Below, piece after piece: positions 14,208 through 27,719 of a stretch of DNA of 62,244 bases. Origin of the DNA: Nemertoderma westbladi (Eukaryota > Animalia > Xenacoelomorpha); contig JAUCBJ010003542.1 in the NCBI GenBank assembly GCA_032718475.1, positions 1-62,244 of the forward strand, given 5' to 3'. The notes under the pieces are model-generated. The model made no database searches and was not told the DNA's origin. It saw nothing but the letters and a program-made list of their open reading frames with translations. Both the position numbers and the translations under genes were made by a program. The number at the start of each line of letters is the position of its first letter. Within the stretch, counting starts at the first letter, position 1.

Positions 14208-15011
14208 GGGAACATACCCTTAAATAAGCTCCAAAAGTGGGTTCTTATTTAAGGAAAATGGCTCTTATTTAGGGGTTTTTGGGCCTTTTTTGGATATTTT
14301 TTCGACATAATATGCAAGAACTTGTTTCAGTAAAAAATACCGTATAATTTTATTTCACAATATAAAAGTTGGGTCTTTCTTGAACATAATACAAAAAACC
14401 AGAAAACATTTCACCGTCCGGTTTTTTTTCTATAAGCGTTTTAAAATTGCATCAAAAATACGACCAGTTCCTAAATAAGAGGGATTTTTTAAATTTACCT
14501 TATTTAAGACATTGAGATTGTACCAAGGTGTACTAAATAACAGGTCATGCAGCGAGAATTGGCCTCCAATTATTGGAGGCTGAACATTTTTATTAAAGTG
14601 GGAGTGTGTATACCTAAGATTTTAAATCACACAAGATTACTAAAATTACGCATCAGCTAGTGCAGCACTCAGGCAGTGCTCTCTCTGTACCAGTTTGCGC
14701 TGTTGTGTATAACAGTACCGGTACTCAGGCAGTCAGGCACCTGTTGCTGATATAACAGTATAATGAATTTCAGCTTTCTGGCTTTTACTGTTTCATTACA
14801 GCAATAGGCCTAGCCTAACAGTTCTGCGGCTAATTAGCTAATTAATAAAGTCATAAAGTAGACAGGTTAGCGGGTACGGGGTGGGTAGGCCGAAAGTAGG
14901 CATGGCTTATTGAATAGCTAGCTGCCTTAAAGTAAATTCTGATATTGCTGTATTCCTGTATTCTGGTTGTCGCAATTTGTATAATTGTATAAGGCCGAGT
15001 TGATATTGAAT

Positions 15012-17279
15012 ATGCCGAGGAAATGTAGTGTTGGAGGTTGCCGAACTGGATACGATAAACTCAAGGATGGAACTCTAGGAGCAGGGGAGACAAAAATTCC
15101 AATATATCGCTTTCCAACTGATCCACTTGCATTGCAAGCCTGGTTGCAACGCCTACCGAATATCGTTAAGCCAGAAGATGTTACAAAAAATATGGGAATC
15201 TGTTCAGTGCATTGGCCGCCTGGTGTAGAAACTAAAGGCGTGCAGGGGGGATCCAGAGTGCCGATACATCCTCCCAGCATATTTCCGAACGTTCCGCCAA
15301 CCTGCATACCCACGCCACCACCGCCTCCCCGACCAAGTTCTACAAAGACTACAGTCGAAGTGCGGTCTCCTGGGGTAGATGAAATGCTTGAGTTTAAACA
15401 ACGCGATTCAATTACATTCCCCACATTCTTGGGTGAGTTTTCCAAGCGCTACTCTGACGTTGCCGATATTACATTACATGATGACGTATTTTATATATCT
15501 AGTATAGAAAGAAACCTTGATACCCCCTATGCCTTATGGTCTCTCCACTTGAATGCTTTACCTACAGCTACAAATATAGAATCTGCCAATCTCAGATGTT
15601 TCTATGGATTAAGGAAGGTTATACATCCATTTATTCGAAATATCCTTATGTGGAGTGAGCTTGAGGAACTCATACGATTTATTAAACATGACCAGGAAGA
15701 GAAAGAAGATGATGAAACTAATCGTTCCAAATGGAACTTTATCCTTCATCAAATAGAATTACTTAATATTCCGAAAAATCGTCGAATTTATTCGAGGTAT
15801 GATTTAATTACCGCGTTTCACTTGTATTCTAAATCTCGTCGATTATACATTGAATTGAGAGACTTGCTACAACTGCCGTCAATACGCACCCTGCAAGCGC
15901 TAACTTCTATGGTGAGCAATGTCCCTCAAAACGATTACATTAAATCAATGTTAGCGAAACTTCAACCTCGATCAAAGTACTCAATTATATTAATCGATGA
16001 AGTCTATGTTAGTGAACAATTGACCTACCACAGTGGAGAGGTTTACGGCAAGGCTCTTGACAAACCCGACGAAATGGCGAAGACTCTTTTGTGTCTCATG
16101 GTGAAGTTTTTGTTCACGAACATCAAGTTTGTTGTAAAAATGATACCAATTAATTCGCTAGATTCTGCATTCCAAGTGACCGTTGTAAAGAATGCCATTA
16201 ATTCGATCGAAGAATTTGGGGGTATTGTATTGGCAACTATTACTGACAACACTAATGTGAATCGTAAGTTTGCGCACGATTTTCCTATTCCGGTTGGACG
16301 ATCCCCGCCAACCCCGTTATTACACCTGAAGGATACCGTGCATCTCCTTAAATTGATTAGAAATAACTGGATAACGGAAAAATTACAGAAACTTGAATTT
16401 TTTGATCCTGATGATGTTTCAAAAACAACTCGATGTGCCTGTTGGTCAGATATTGTTCTACTATTTAATGCTGAGAAAACCAACTTGTTGAAACTTACAA
16501 AACTTAATCACGATTCGGTTTGGCCGACTTCAATACAGCGACAAAATGTCAAACTGTGCCTGCGTGTATTCAACGAGAAGACAGTAGCTGCGCTGCGTAT
16601 TCTCAGTCTATCTTCTACCACCGCGGATACTGCTTTATTTATAGAAATTGTTCTAAAGTGGTGGAAGGTTGTTAATGTTAAAACAACTTTCGAGGCAATT
16701 CGCTTCAACGATTTAGATCGTAAAGTTATTGATAGGGTAGACCATCCAAGTCTTTTATTTTTATCGAAAATGTCTGTATTATTTGGATTTATGGGTAGCA
16801 AACCGCGGGTTATTACTCATAAAGTTGTTAAACCCAGAGTCTGTAAACCTCCAGCCAAGCGGCGATTAGTGGGAAGGTGTTCATTGCAAAATCAGTCGAG
16901 AGTTTATCCATTGTTTATATGGCTGGGTATATTGCAAAATCTTTTCCGCAATACAAGATAGGATTCGACTCCATACCACAGGAATACACCCAGCAATATT
17001 TATTTATTACCGAGCTAAATAGAGGAGGTCTTTCTTACCCATCAGATGAACTATTTTTTTATTGTTATTTATGCACGAAATTTTATCGCAGTTCCATTAC
17101 TAAATTTTGCCGAAAGAGTCTGATTGGTGCTTTAACAAAAATTTCAAATACATATTCAAGAGATTCCCAATTCCCTGATTCCCTGTTGCGAATTGTTTAG
17201 TAATTTTTGCAAATTCTCCACCCCCTTACGAAAAATATCGAATGTGAAAGTGCCTTCAAAAATAAAAAAGCTGCAGTAA
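15012..17279 (+). pseudogene. THAP-domain P-element-type transposase, internally deleted/frameshifted
   Basis: THAP C2CH finger (MPRKCSVGGC..FP..W..ICSVHW..PSIF), LIDEVY, ITDN, DTVHLLKLIRNNW, RQNVKLCLRVF. The frame breaks near 16880 and resumes with YMAGYI..LNRGGLSYPS, ending KIKKLQ-stop at 17279. The segment that normally holds the catalytic Glu is not visible. Confidence 0.85.
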
Positions 17280-18642
17280 TTGTTTTCTACTTAAACTGAA
17301 TATAACTTGTGCTTTAAATTTATATGTATTATTTTATTATAGTTTTAGTATTAATAGTAGGGCTCGATCGGAGTTGGGATTTGGCCGGAGCCGGAGCAGG
17401 AGCCGGAGTTGGACAATTTGGCCGGAGCCGGAGCAGGAGCCGGAGTTTTTCAAAAATTTTATTATTTATTTAAAAAAAAATAAAGTATGGTTATCGTTCG
17501 CCAATCGCTCATAATCAATCATACTGTAGGTCTAATTAATTTCATAATTTATAGATTTACGAATTTTCAATTTAAAATTTAAGTAATTCATTTATCACGG
17601 ACAGACGGCCTGACGCTGACGGCGACGGCCTGATGCTGACGGCTAAAAATTACCTACACACACAGTAGGCCTACCTAACTCGCTAACTGTCTAACTGTGG
17701 TAGAGGTGTGTACTGTAGGTCAGTAAGGGAAAATACCCCGAATCGGGGTACAGCTCTATACACCGAATCGGTGTCATAGTGGAAAATAGTGACACCGATT
17801 CGAGATTTTCAGTAGAAAGCTATACCCCGAATCGGTGCTCTACTAGAAAATCTTCAGGCAGCGGAAAAATTAGGTATACCCCGAATCGGGGTATAGGAGT
17901 TATTTACGCCCCTCCAGAAAAATGATGTTTCACTCACGCCAGACTGGAATTCATAGTGCGAAAATTACATTTTGTGTAGTACAATACTGTTTCATACAGT
18001 CATAATATAAATGTAGTAACTATATTGATAGATAGGGCCTACTACTGAAGTACGGGAGGTACTGTATATCACTATATTGTACATTTACATTATTATTATT
18101 GCAGTCTTATTTGTCTATCAACTGATTTATAAATATGGATATGATAACAAAAAGTATGTTTTTAATCAACACGGAGTACCAGTACATTAGTACCAGTACA
18201 GTAAATTCCATTATTAAGAGAAAGGAGCAGCGAGCAGGTTACAGTAGCTGCTTTTTTTTTAACCAAAACAATACATGAAACTACACTTCGAAATTGAGGG
18301 AAAATAGTAAGTTGTAGTTACAGTGGTGGGGTGGTGCTTTTAACTAATACAATAAACGAAGCTAATCGTAATTAACTGACAAGAGCTGGTTAAAGTAGCA
18401 GTGCTTCTAACCAAAACAATAAAGGAAACTAGATTGATGGAATAAAGCTGAAGTAAAATACAGTACATTTTCTTCGGCCGTTAGGCCAGGGATTGCGCAC
18501 AAAGTCAGACGACTTATTTCCATTGCGGATCCCCAGAGCTATACTCCCCAGAGGAATTTCCAGTACTCATTTAGCTACCATTTAATGACGCAAGGCAGAG
18601 ATGCGCCCTGGTTAGACTCTTCAATAGAATCTTCTTAGATTC

Positions 18643-18882
18643 TTCTGGCAAGCACGTATAATAACCTTGCCCGTTCTGGCAAGAACGTATAATAACCTTC
18701 CCCATTCTGGCAAGCACGTATAATAACTTTGCCCGTTCTGGCAAGCACGTATAATAACCTTGCCCGTTCTGGCAAGCACGTATAATAACCTTGCCCGTTC
18801 TGGCAAGCACGTATAATAACCTTGCCCGTTTGGGCAAGCACGTATAATAACCTTGCCCGTTCTGGCAAGCACGTATAATAAC
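18643..18882. repeat. 31-bp tandem minisatellite, about 7.7 copies
   Basis: Unit TTCTGGCAAGCACGTATAATAACCTTGCCCG with no spacers. Confidence 0.95.
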
Positions 18883-19176
18883 ACGCAAGCAGATATTTTA
18901 TACCCTGCAGCCCTGCCAGTTTTAGCATATTAAACGATGAGTCGAGATATAATATTATTATGATAATTATTACGATTATAATACGAGAATTATAATATAT
19001 GACAATGGCATACATGGATACATGAACAGATGAATACATTACATTGCAATGGCTTGCATATTATTTATAGACAATAAAATACAGTACGTGAAACCTAAAT
19101 ACAGTACGTGAAAACTACAGAACTATGGTAGTATTATGTACTGTAGCTACTTAGTATTGAATTAACATACTACTGT

Positions 19177-19347
19177 AGGGGGGGGGGGGGGGGGGGGGAC
19201 TGGACGCAATAAAAATTAATCCCTCTCCAAGGTAAATTCGACGCAAATAACAGTGGATTACTCTCAAAAATAAGACTGCAACCTATTCTATTGTGCTTAG
19301 TTTATTGTTTTGAGTCCAGTCCCCCCCCCCCCCCCCCCCCCCCCCCC
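19177..19347. repeat. Small inverted-repeat element with poly-G / poly-C ends
   Basis: G-run + ACTGGACGCAA at the left, TTGAGTCCAGT + C-run at the right. Confidence 0.65.
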
Positions 19348-20729
19348 TGACTCCAACACACACAACACTACTCAACCCACCCCTCTAGGTGTACAACTTA
19401 ATCCAGGATGACTAATATTAGACAATGTAGGCCTACGCCATAATAAAAAATAACATGTAATAGCCTACTGTAAATCACATTAGCGGCAACTGCTCTGCCA
19501 CCAGGAATAGCTCACATTATAAACTTGGCCCATTTAATACACTGCCAATTTGTCACTGACGATGACAAATTACGTAGCCTATAATAACAAACAATAATAC
19601 AATAGGAAATCACCAAATATACTCGCATCGAAAATATATTAAATATTTTAATTAATTTGTTCGTTTATATAACACTAATACTAATTAAAATATGAATTAC
19701 ATCACCTGATCACAAAAATCCATTAAAAATATAAAAAAACGACTAGAAAATATACACCGAATCGGTGTCAGAGTGGAAAAAAAGAGCCGATTCGGTGTAT
19801 TTTCGAGAAAATTGAATTCCTGAATCGGTGTACTAGAAAATACTGACCCCGAATCGGTGCTTCTGCAGGCTGTATGAATATATCACAAGCCCCCATTCGG
19901 GGTACAGGGAGTCCTGGATACCCTGATTCGGGGTATAATTTACATTAGATTTTCCGGTACAATATCGAAGCCGGAAGATTTCATTATTACTCCAAAGTTT
20001 TCTTATTTGTAGTACACACCAATGTGTATTCGAATATGTTAAAACGAAATTGCGGAATTAAAATCTTCATATGCGGAAATGAAGGAGAAAAAATGTCTAT
20101 GGGAGAACCCCGAATCGGGGTATCACAAAACCCCGAATGGGGGTTTGCTTCTATACCCCGATTCGGGGTATTTTCCCTTACTGTAGGTAGCCTACCGTAC
20201 GTGTACCACTACTGCAGTACAGTATGCTGGCATGCTTGACAGCAGTAAATGGCTGCAGTGGTACAGTCTGACAGTGTACAATCATAGCATTTACAATTTT
20301 TTAAAGTAGGGCTTATCTGTAATAGTCTGCTAGTCAGCCAGCTGGCCAGTACGAGTACTGCACTAACTGCAGTACTGCAGTACAGTCAGTCAGTCATTGA
20401 CTTTAAGTAAATACTGCCTGACTGCCTGACTGCAGTATTATCAGATTATAGGCCTACTTGATATTGAAGCTGTACTACAGTACTACAGTACCGGTACTTA
20501 CTTATAGTATAGTGTTAAATAATTGTTCAGATTAGAATATGCACGAAATATAATACTTTATTAAAAAATTAACTCCGGCAATATTTTTACCGGAGCCAGA
20601 GCAGGAGCCGGAGGTGCCAAAATGGCCGGAGCCGGAGCCGGAGGCCGGAGCTCCGATCGAGCCCTAATTAATAGTAGTAAATTCAATCGATTTTTTGAAG
20701 CAGTTATAATAACTCTAATGATATTACAT

Positions 20730-21125
20730 ATTGACAGACACATACAGACAAACAAACAGACATACAGACAGTCCAGATTCCGTCAAACATGAAAACTGAT
20801 ATTGGAAATGAAATCACCGACTAGGAAAACCGCTATAGTGAACATTTTAGATATGTGGTAAACTTCTTTATTTTTTGACAGACATACAGACAAACAAACA
20901 GACATACAGACAGACAGTCCAGATTCCTTCAAACATGAAAATTGACATTGGAAATGTACTCACCGACCAGGAAAACCCCTATAAAAATATTTTAGCATTT
21001 TTTAGCTATGTGGTGATCTTCCTTATTTTTTCTCACTCATACAGACAGACAAACAGACATTCTAAATTCCGTCAAAAATAAATACTGACATCGGAAATGG
21101 AATCACCGACTACGAAAACCCCAAT
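20730..21125. repeat. CAGA-microsatellite-containing repeat in ~3 tandem modules (Helentron/DINE-like?)
   Basis: Module CAGACA..AGATTCC..ACTGACATCGGAAAT..ATCACCGAC..GAAAACCCC is repeated three times, with a similar module at ~5420-5500. The family assignment is inference. Confidence 0.5.
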
Positions 21126-21679
21126 ATGGGTAATTTTATTAATCTTGTGTGATTTAAAATCGTAGGTACACCCTCCCACTTTAATAAAAATGTTCAGCCT
21201 CCAATAATTGGAGGCCAATTCTCGCTGCATGACCTGTTATTTAGTACACCTTGGATTGTACACATAAATACTAAAAGTCCTTAAATAAGAACTTTTTGAC
21301 ATGGGCAGGGCAGATGGGTTTCTTATTTAGGTATACAATTTCATTCCAAAATTTGCACACTCCTTATCCTTAAATAAATTTAATATTATCATTTCTCATA
21401 TATTAAATAATTTAAATTAAATAAATTAATTTAATTTAATTTAATAAATTAAATTAAATATAAAAATTAAATTAATAAATTAAATTAAATTAAATATCCT
21501 TATATATAATGTCTCTTATAACCTCGTCTCTCAGCCCCGTCCTCCTTCTGCCCTTATCTGCTTATGACAGTTATGACCTCCTAACTGCAGAACTGCTTAA
21601 CCTGGACAGGACATTGCAAGACTGCAAGATACAGAGATAAGGTTGTAAGGGAGCTTCTGAGCTTAATTTGATAGGTGCA

Positions 21680-24600
21680 AAAATGCACAACGAGCAACAA
21701 TGGCCAACAATAAGCATCGAGCAACAACTGAACAATGAGTAACAAAAAAAAGAGCAACAACGAGTAACATTGACCAACAATGAGCAATAATAAAGTACAA
21801 CAACGAGCAATAATGAGGAACAACGACTGAACGAGCAACAATGAGCAACAACGAGTAACAATGAGCAACAACGAGTAACATTGAGCAACAATCAAACAAT
21901 GAGCCACAACGAGCAAAAATGAGCAATAATAAAGTACAACAACGAGCAATAATGGGGAACAACGACTGAACGAGCAACAATGAGCAACAACGAGTAACAA
22001 CGCGCAACAACGAGTAACATTGAGCAACAATGAGCAATAATAAAGTACAACAACGAGCAATAACGAGGAACAACGACTGAACGAGCAACAATGAGCAACA
22101 ACGAGTAACAATGAGCAATAATAAAGTACAACAACGAGCAATAATGAGGAACAACGACTGAACGAGCAACAACGAGTAACATTGACTGATTGAGAAACAA
22201 CGAGCAACAATGAGCTGATGAGCAATAATAAAGTACAACAACGAGCAACAACGAGGACAGGCCCGTATGGTGATCATAATATCTGGGGGGGGGGGGGGGC
22301 AGAGGCCAAATCTGGGGGGGCAAACCCATAACTGGGATTTGGGGAGCATACAAAAAAGTGAGAGTTAATTTAGTACATAAAGTAAAATCAATATTGTTGA
22401 AAGGTGTGTGGGGCGAGCCACGAAGTTGGCGGAACCTAGGCGAATTGACACTGTTAAGGAGAATGTCAATAATGGCAAATAGTTGTTGACGTAACTATTT
22501 TGACATTAAATAACTTGGTCAGATTTAAAGCTGTCGAATTGAAAATTTGTAGGCATAAATATGTCCAAAACTTGACATTATTTAGCGACTTTTGACCCCA
22601 ACAGTTCAATAGTCTCCCGCTAGATGGCTACATGTCTAAGCATTAAATGTCCTCCCATTTCTTTGCTTTTAATCCGTTTAACCTGAAACTTGTCAGAATT
22701 GTACTCGACCATTAGCTGTGTCATTTAAACTTTTTCTGAGGTCTTAACCCTTCGTTTCTCAAACATATGAATTCCTTTGAGGTCAATTTTGACCTCAGGT
22801 AAATTAGAGGGTTGGGGTGGTCCAAAAAAACTTGTTGTCGAATTTAAACTCAGTTTGCACATCAGATGTCATATAATGAGCCCAAACTTCGATAGATAGC
22901 AAAATTTTGATTTGGAGATGACAGGAAATATTCCCACAGGCACATGGCCAGTTCCCGTCCTTGGCGCAAGTGAGTCATATTCCCCATTTTTGTGATGATC
23001 AACTTCTATTATTCCTAATGCATTGATATTTATAGAGCTAATAGTTTTTGAGACATTGCAGATAATGTGAAGTCCGGCACAAGTCAAAATTAGCGCCTTG
23101 ATGCGATATTGACAAAAATACCTGACAAATATCTCAAACACTATTCGCTCAATGCTTGTTTTGAAGGTGTCTACAACAACTAAATCGGTCATGGCGGTTC
23201 TAAATGAGCATAATATCAATGCAGTAGGAATACTAGAAGTTGATCATCACAAAAATGGGGAATAAGACTCACTTGTGCCAAGGGCGGGAACTGGCCATGT
23301 GCAATGGGAATATTTCCTTTCATCCCCAAATCAAAATTTTGGTATCTATCTAAGTTTGGGCCCATTTGATGACATCTGATTTGCGAACTGAGTTGAAATT
23401 CAAAAAAAGTTTTTCGTTGATATTGAATGGTACAGGTACAAAACACGATGAGGTGAAATTTGACCTCAATGTCAATATGTGTAGGCCCCTATAAATTGAA
23501 AATTGAATAGACCCCCTTGCAAATTTTTACATTTTTGTTTTTCTAATTGAGAAGTACTATAAAATAATAAATGTCAAAAAATTTCGAGATAAAATATCAA
23601 TGTGTGATAAAATTGTGTAAGTTTAAATCTTCAATGGGTCAAAAATGACCTCAAAGAGAGCACAAGGGTTAAATCGACTGCAGTTTTCAAGCCTGCCTCT
23701 AGGCTGGTGTAAAGTGATCAAGGGCATCTGCTTAGATTTTGCTTATTTTTCTTTCAAGATTACACTTACATAAGTTTATATCACGTGCTGCGCGAAGGAC
23801 TCACTTCAGGTATAATATGGTTAAGGTTAAGTTACAACAAATTATAGCTATGGATACCAGCGCAAGCAACCCTCAGCGCCAAGCCTTTTAGCTGCAAGCT
23901 GGCTCCCAAACTACAAGCAAATAAACAATGGGTCAACAACAAACAACCCCTCCACCCTGGTAGCCAATGAGAGAACCTAGCGCTTTCGAGTATTTTTAGT
24001 AATTACAGGTACATTAGGTAGGTATAATGTCATGTAGTTATAGAATTGGACCAAATGGAATGGTGGGGAGTCAGGTCAGGTCAGTGGGCAGGAGCATGTG
24101 AATCCTATAATATTATTATTAATTAATTGTGAACAAGACGAGTGAACAATATATGTCTGGGGGGGCAGTGGGACTTCTCTGGGGGGGGGGGGGCGGGGCA
24201 ATGCCCCCAAAGCCCCCCCCCCCGCACGATACGGGCCTGAACGAGGACATGAGGAACAACGAGTAACAATGAGCAACAATGGCAATGATTAACAACGAGT
24301 AACATTGAGCAATAATAAAGTATAACAACGAGTAACATTGAGCAACAACGAGCAACACTGAGAAAAACTGAGCAATAATAAAGAACAACAACGAGCAATA
24401 ATAAGCAACAACGACTGAACGAGCAACAACGAGTTATATTGAGCAACAATGAGCAATAATAAAGTACAACAACGAGCGACAATGAGCAACAACGAGAAAC
24501 ACTGAGCAACAATGAGCAATAATAAAGATCAACAACGAGCAATAATGAGCAATAACGACTGAACGAGCAACAACGAGTTATATTGAGCAACAATGAGCAA

Positions 24601-24960
24601 TAATAAAGCTGATAAAGTACAACAACGAGCAACAATGAGGAACAACGATTGAACGGGCAATATTAAAGTACAGCAAGAAGCAACAATGAGTAACAATGAG
24701 CAATAATGAGCAACAACGAGAAATAATAGAGTACAACAACGAGCACAATGAGCAACGACGAGCAATAATAAAGTACAACTAACGAGCAACATTGAGCACC
24801 AACAAGCAACAACGAGAAACAATGACCAACAATGACCAACAACGAGCAACAATGAGCAACAATGACCAACAACGAGCAACAATAACCAACAATGAGCAAC
24901 AATGACCAACAACGAGAAAAAATAAAGCACAACGAGCAGCAATGAGCCAAAACGAGCAAC
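21680..24960. repeat. CAA/GAG-rich low-complexity satellite (21680-22257 and 24240-24960), split by a MITE
   Basis: Shuffled GAGCAACAA(T/C) and GAGCAATAATAAAGTACAAC units. It explains the many Leu/Val/Cys-rich pseudo-ORFs in the track. Confidence 0.9.
22258..24239. mobile_element. Non-autonomous hAT-like element, copy 1 of 3
   Basis: 11-bp TIR CAGGCCCGTAT, 8-bp TSD AACGAGGA (22250-22257 / 24240-24247), G/C-run subtermini, and internal inverted repeats. Confidence 0.88.
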
Positions 24961-27719
24961 AAACTGCGTCGAACCGGATTGAATGTGGGGGAGAGCCACA
25001 TTCAAGTTAGCGAAGCCTTAGCATATGGGTGCCATTAACGTGTTGCCTGTAGTCAACGTCGTCGTAAATTGTTTATTCTCGTATATTACGTTATTCTAAT
25101 AACTCAGTCATTCCTTGATGAAATTAAACGAAACTTGGTATGTATGTACTCTGTCAAAAGATTAGAAATAATCTGAAGTTTGGTATAAAACAACGAACGC
25201 AATGAGGCAAATTAAGGAGACGATTATTGTGTTGAACGACCTCTGACTAACGAAAGATAACACGTTAATGGTGCCCCTATCAGCTAGGGCTAGCTAAGGC
25301 TTTGCTCACTTCATGCTGCGAACAGACGAACAGGTCCCACGAACAGACGAACGTGTCCCACTGCTGCCTGAGCCAGTTGAGCCAAAAGGTCATCCAGTCA
25401 TCATCTCTAACCTTCATAACGTCTATCAGCTGCCCGACCGAACCATCTCTGTGCCTATTGACATGACATTGACATTGGTTTTTTCACGCCTTTCAAGCTG
25501 TCAAGTACAACATTGTGGATAATCCATCTAAGTGGGGCGTAACGCGGAGCAGAAGAGGAAATGCAGGACACAAGTTAGTTTTTCGAAACTGTGCGGTGAT
25601 GCCCAGTTACATGAGTCATGTCTCATATCGAAATACGTGACAATGTCTGTGCGCTCAAATGGGCGATGGCTCTATTCTTTTGAATATCAATGGGCTATTC
25701 TATACTACCGTATGAGGTAAGAATGCCAGTGCTAGCAACTTCATTATGATACGATATTCTATAGAGGATTTATAGAGCAGTAGAGTGCAGTGCAACCATT
25801 GTCCTTCTAAACCCAACAATTAGCAATATACAGACTGCCATAAATCAAAGAATTATGAAAGAAGTGTAACACCTACCGGTACTGTACAGCTGTAAGGATT
25901 AAGGAATATTTAATTTATTTAAGGAGTGTGCAGATTTTGGAATACATTTGTACCGGTATTCCTAAATAAGAAACCCAGGTCAAAAAGTTCTTATTTAGGT
26001 ACTTTTAGTATTTATGTGTACAATTTCGATATCTTAAATATGGTAAATTTAAAAAATACCCCTTATTTAGGAACTGGTCGTATTTTTGGTGCAATTTTAA
26101 AACGCTTGTAGAAAAAAAACCGGACGGTGAAATGTTTTCTGGTTTTTTGCATCATTTTCAAGAAAGACCAAACTTTTACATTGTGAAATAAAATTATGCG
26201 GTATTTTTTCTTGAAACAAGTTATTGCATATTATATCGAAAAAATATCCAAAAAAGGCCCAAAAACCCCTAAATAAGAGCCATTTTCCTTAAATAAGAAC
26301 CCACTTTTGGAGCTTATTTAAGGGTATGTCAGTATGTTCCCTAGGTACTGTTATTGAGGAGCTTTTCAAAGTGCAGAAGTGGGCCTTCCAACCATTGAGG
26401 CGATCGGCTGGTGTTTCAGCCTTAACCTTGGCAGCTTGGTGGTTGGTTGGCTTTTCTGACCAGACAAGTACAGCAGTAAAAGTGCCATTCAGAAAAATGC
26501 CATTTATTAATACATACCGGTAGTTAATTAGCAGTTTTAGTTAATTAGGTAGGCCTAATTATATGCTGATATGCAATACTGCAATATTACACTGTATCTG
26601 CAATGTATGCTAATCAAGTATTGTTATTTACAGTATTATTACATATTACTACTATTAATAAATAAATAAAACGTTAATAACTAATCTTTCAAATAATTAG
26701 ATTTCTTAATAGGTCGCATAGAGGAATCAACAAACTTTGAAATGGCAGAATGGAGTGGTTTGCTGTACGTGAACGTGTGGACGCAGCTGAATCAAGAAAC
26801 TTTTGAAAAAAGTACCGGTATAAGTGGTTCGCCATGCAGCCATGGGCATAGCCATAGGAGGTAGAATAAAACGTCTGTCCTTATCTGATCTGATCTGATC
26901 TGATCTGATCTGACAGCATCTGATCCTATAACCAATCAGGAGAAAGATATATAATATTTACCTAACTGTCTGTTAGGTAAATAGCCAATAGCTGAATAGG
27001 GGATCACGTTTCACTGTTTATGTATCAGTATCATCATATGACGTAGCAGTACAGGCATACCGGTATGCATCTAATGCACAAAGGCATATTATTATACCTA
27101 TTTATTATTATATATTTACACCTATTAAAAATGCGATATAGGATGAAGGATGGCGGGTATGAAAGTTGTATGTGTTGTATGTGTTGGCGGGTATGTAAAC
27201 AACTTTCGTAGATTTAGTTGGTGTTGAAACATTAAACATTTATTAAAAACAATACAGCCTTTGCTGCAATATTTTCGTAAATCTTTCTTGTTAGTAGAAA
27301 ATCATTATTAATAGTTAAAGTTAATTATATTAATTATAATTAATATTATTAATTAAGTAATGATACTTATTAATACATTACATTTAAAATATTTATTGTT
27401 TGTTTGTTACTCTAAACATCTAAAGGGAAGGCAGGAAGGGGTATCTCTCTAGGCCTACTGTACAGTATAGTGATAGTGTGTATATGACGAAACACTTACT
27501 GACTTATGCCCCATATTGCCAGCTGATACAGTGGAGTTTATACTCAGACGATGAAGGAATATGGGAATGTGGGAATTAATAAACGCTGTCTGGCTGTTGT
27601 TACCTTCCAATTGAAGGAAAAGAGCTGGTTACAGCGGCTGTAATTTCGGGTCCTACTAATTACCCCAACCTACCCCAACCTACCACAAACTACCACAATC
27701 TACCCCAATAATTCGATAC

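Larger units (their letters stand above)
17721..20183. mobile_element. Non-autonomous TIR element with 5-bp TSD, nested in the hAT-like element
   Basis: 30-bp TIR CAGTAAGGGAAAATACCCCGAATCGGGGTA, TAGGT directly repeated outside both ends (17716-17720 / 20184-20188), and many subterminal CCGAATCGG palindromes. Confidence 0.85.
17358..20666. mobile_element. Non-autonomous hAT-like element nested in the P element
   Basis: 16-bp TIR TAGGGCTCGATCGGAG, 8-bp TSD ATTAATAG (17350-17357 / 20667-20674), and GCCGGA subterminal repeats like those of the 8529-9719 element. Confidence 0.9.
14524..21253 (+). mobile_element. P-element-superfamily (THAP) DNA transposon
   Basis: 81-bp perfect TIRs starting CAAGGTGTAC (14524-14604 / 21173-21253, extending imperfectly to ~125 bp). 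8-bp TSD GATTGTAC (14516-14523 / 21254-21261). Contains a THAP transposase ORF. Confidence 0.93.
14208..26341. mobile_element. Non-autonomous long-TIR DNA element (Mutator-like?) hosting nested insertions
   Basis: Left arm 14208-14523 plus ~21254-21385 (split by the P element) is the reverse complement of ~25905-26341. Termini are GGGAACATAC...GTATGTTCCC, with repeated CCTAAATAAG motifs. No TSD was found, so the superfamily is uncertain. Confidence 0.75.

Noticed and set aside
18643-18882. CRISPR-like 31-bp repeat
   Set aside because: Head-to-tail with no spacers, no cas genes, and a eukaryotic context.
21571-25005. Hydrophobic Leu/Val/Cys-rich ORFs
   Set aside because: Translations of the CAA-rich satellite in all three minus frames.
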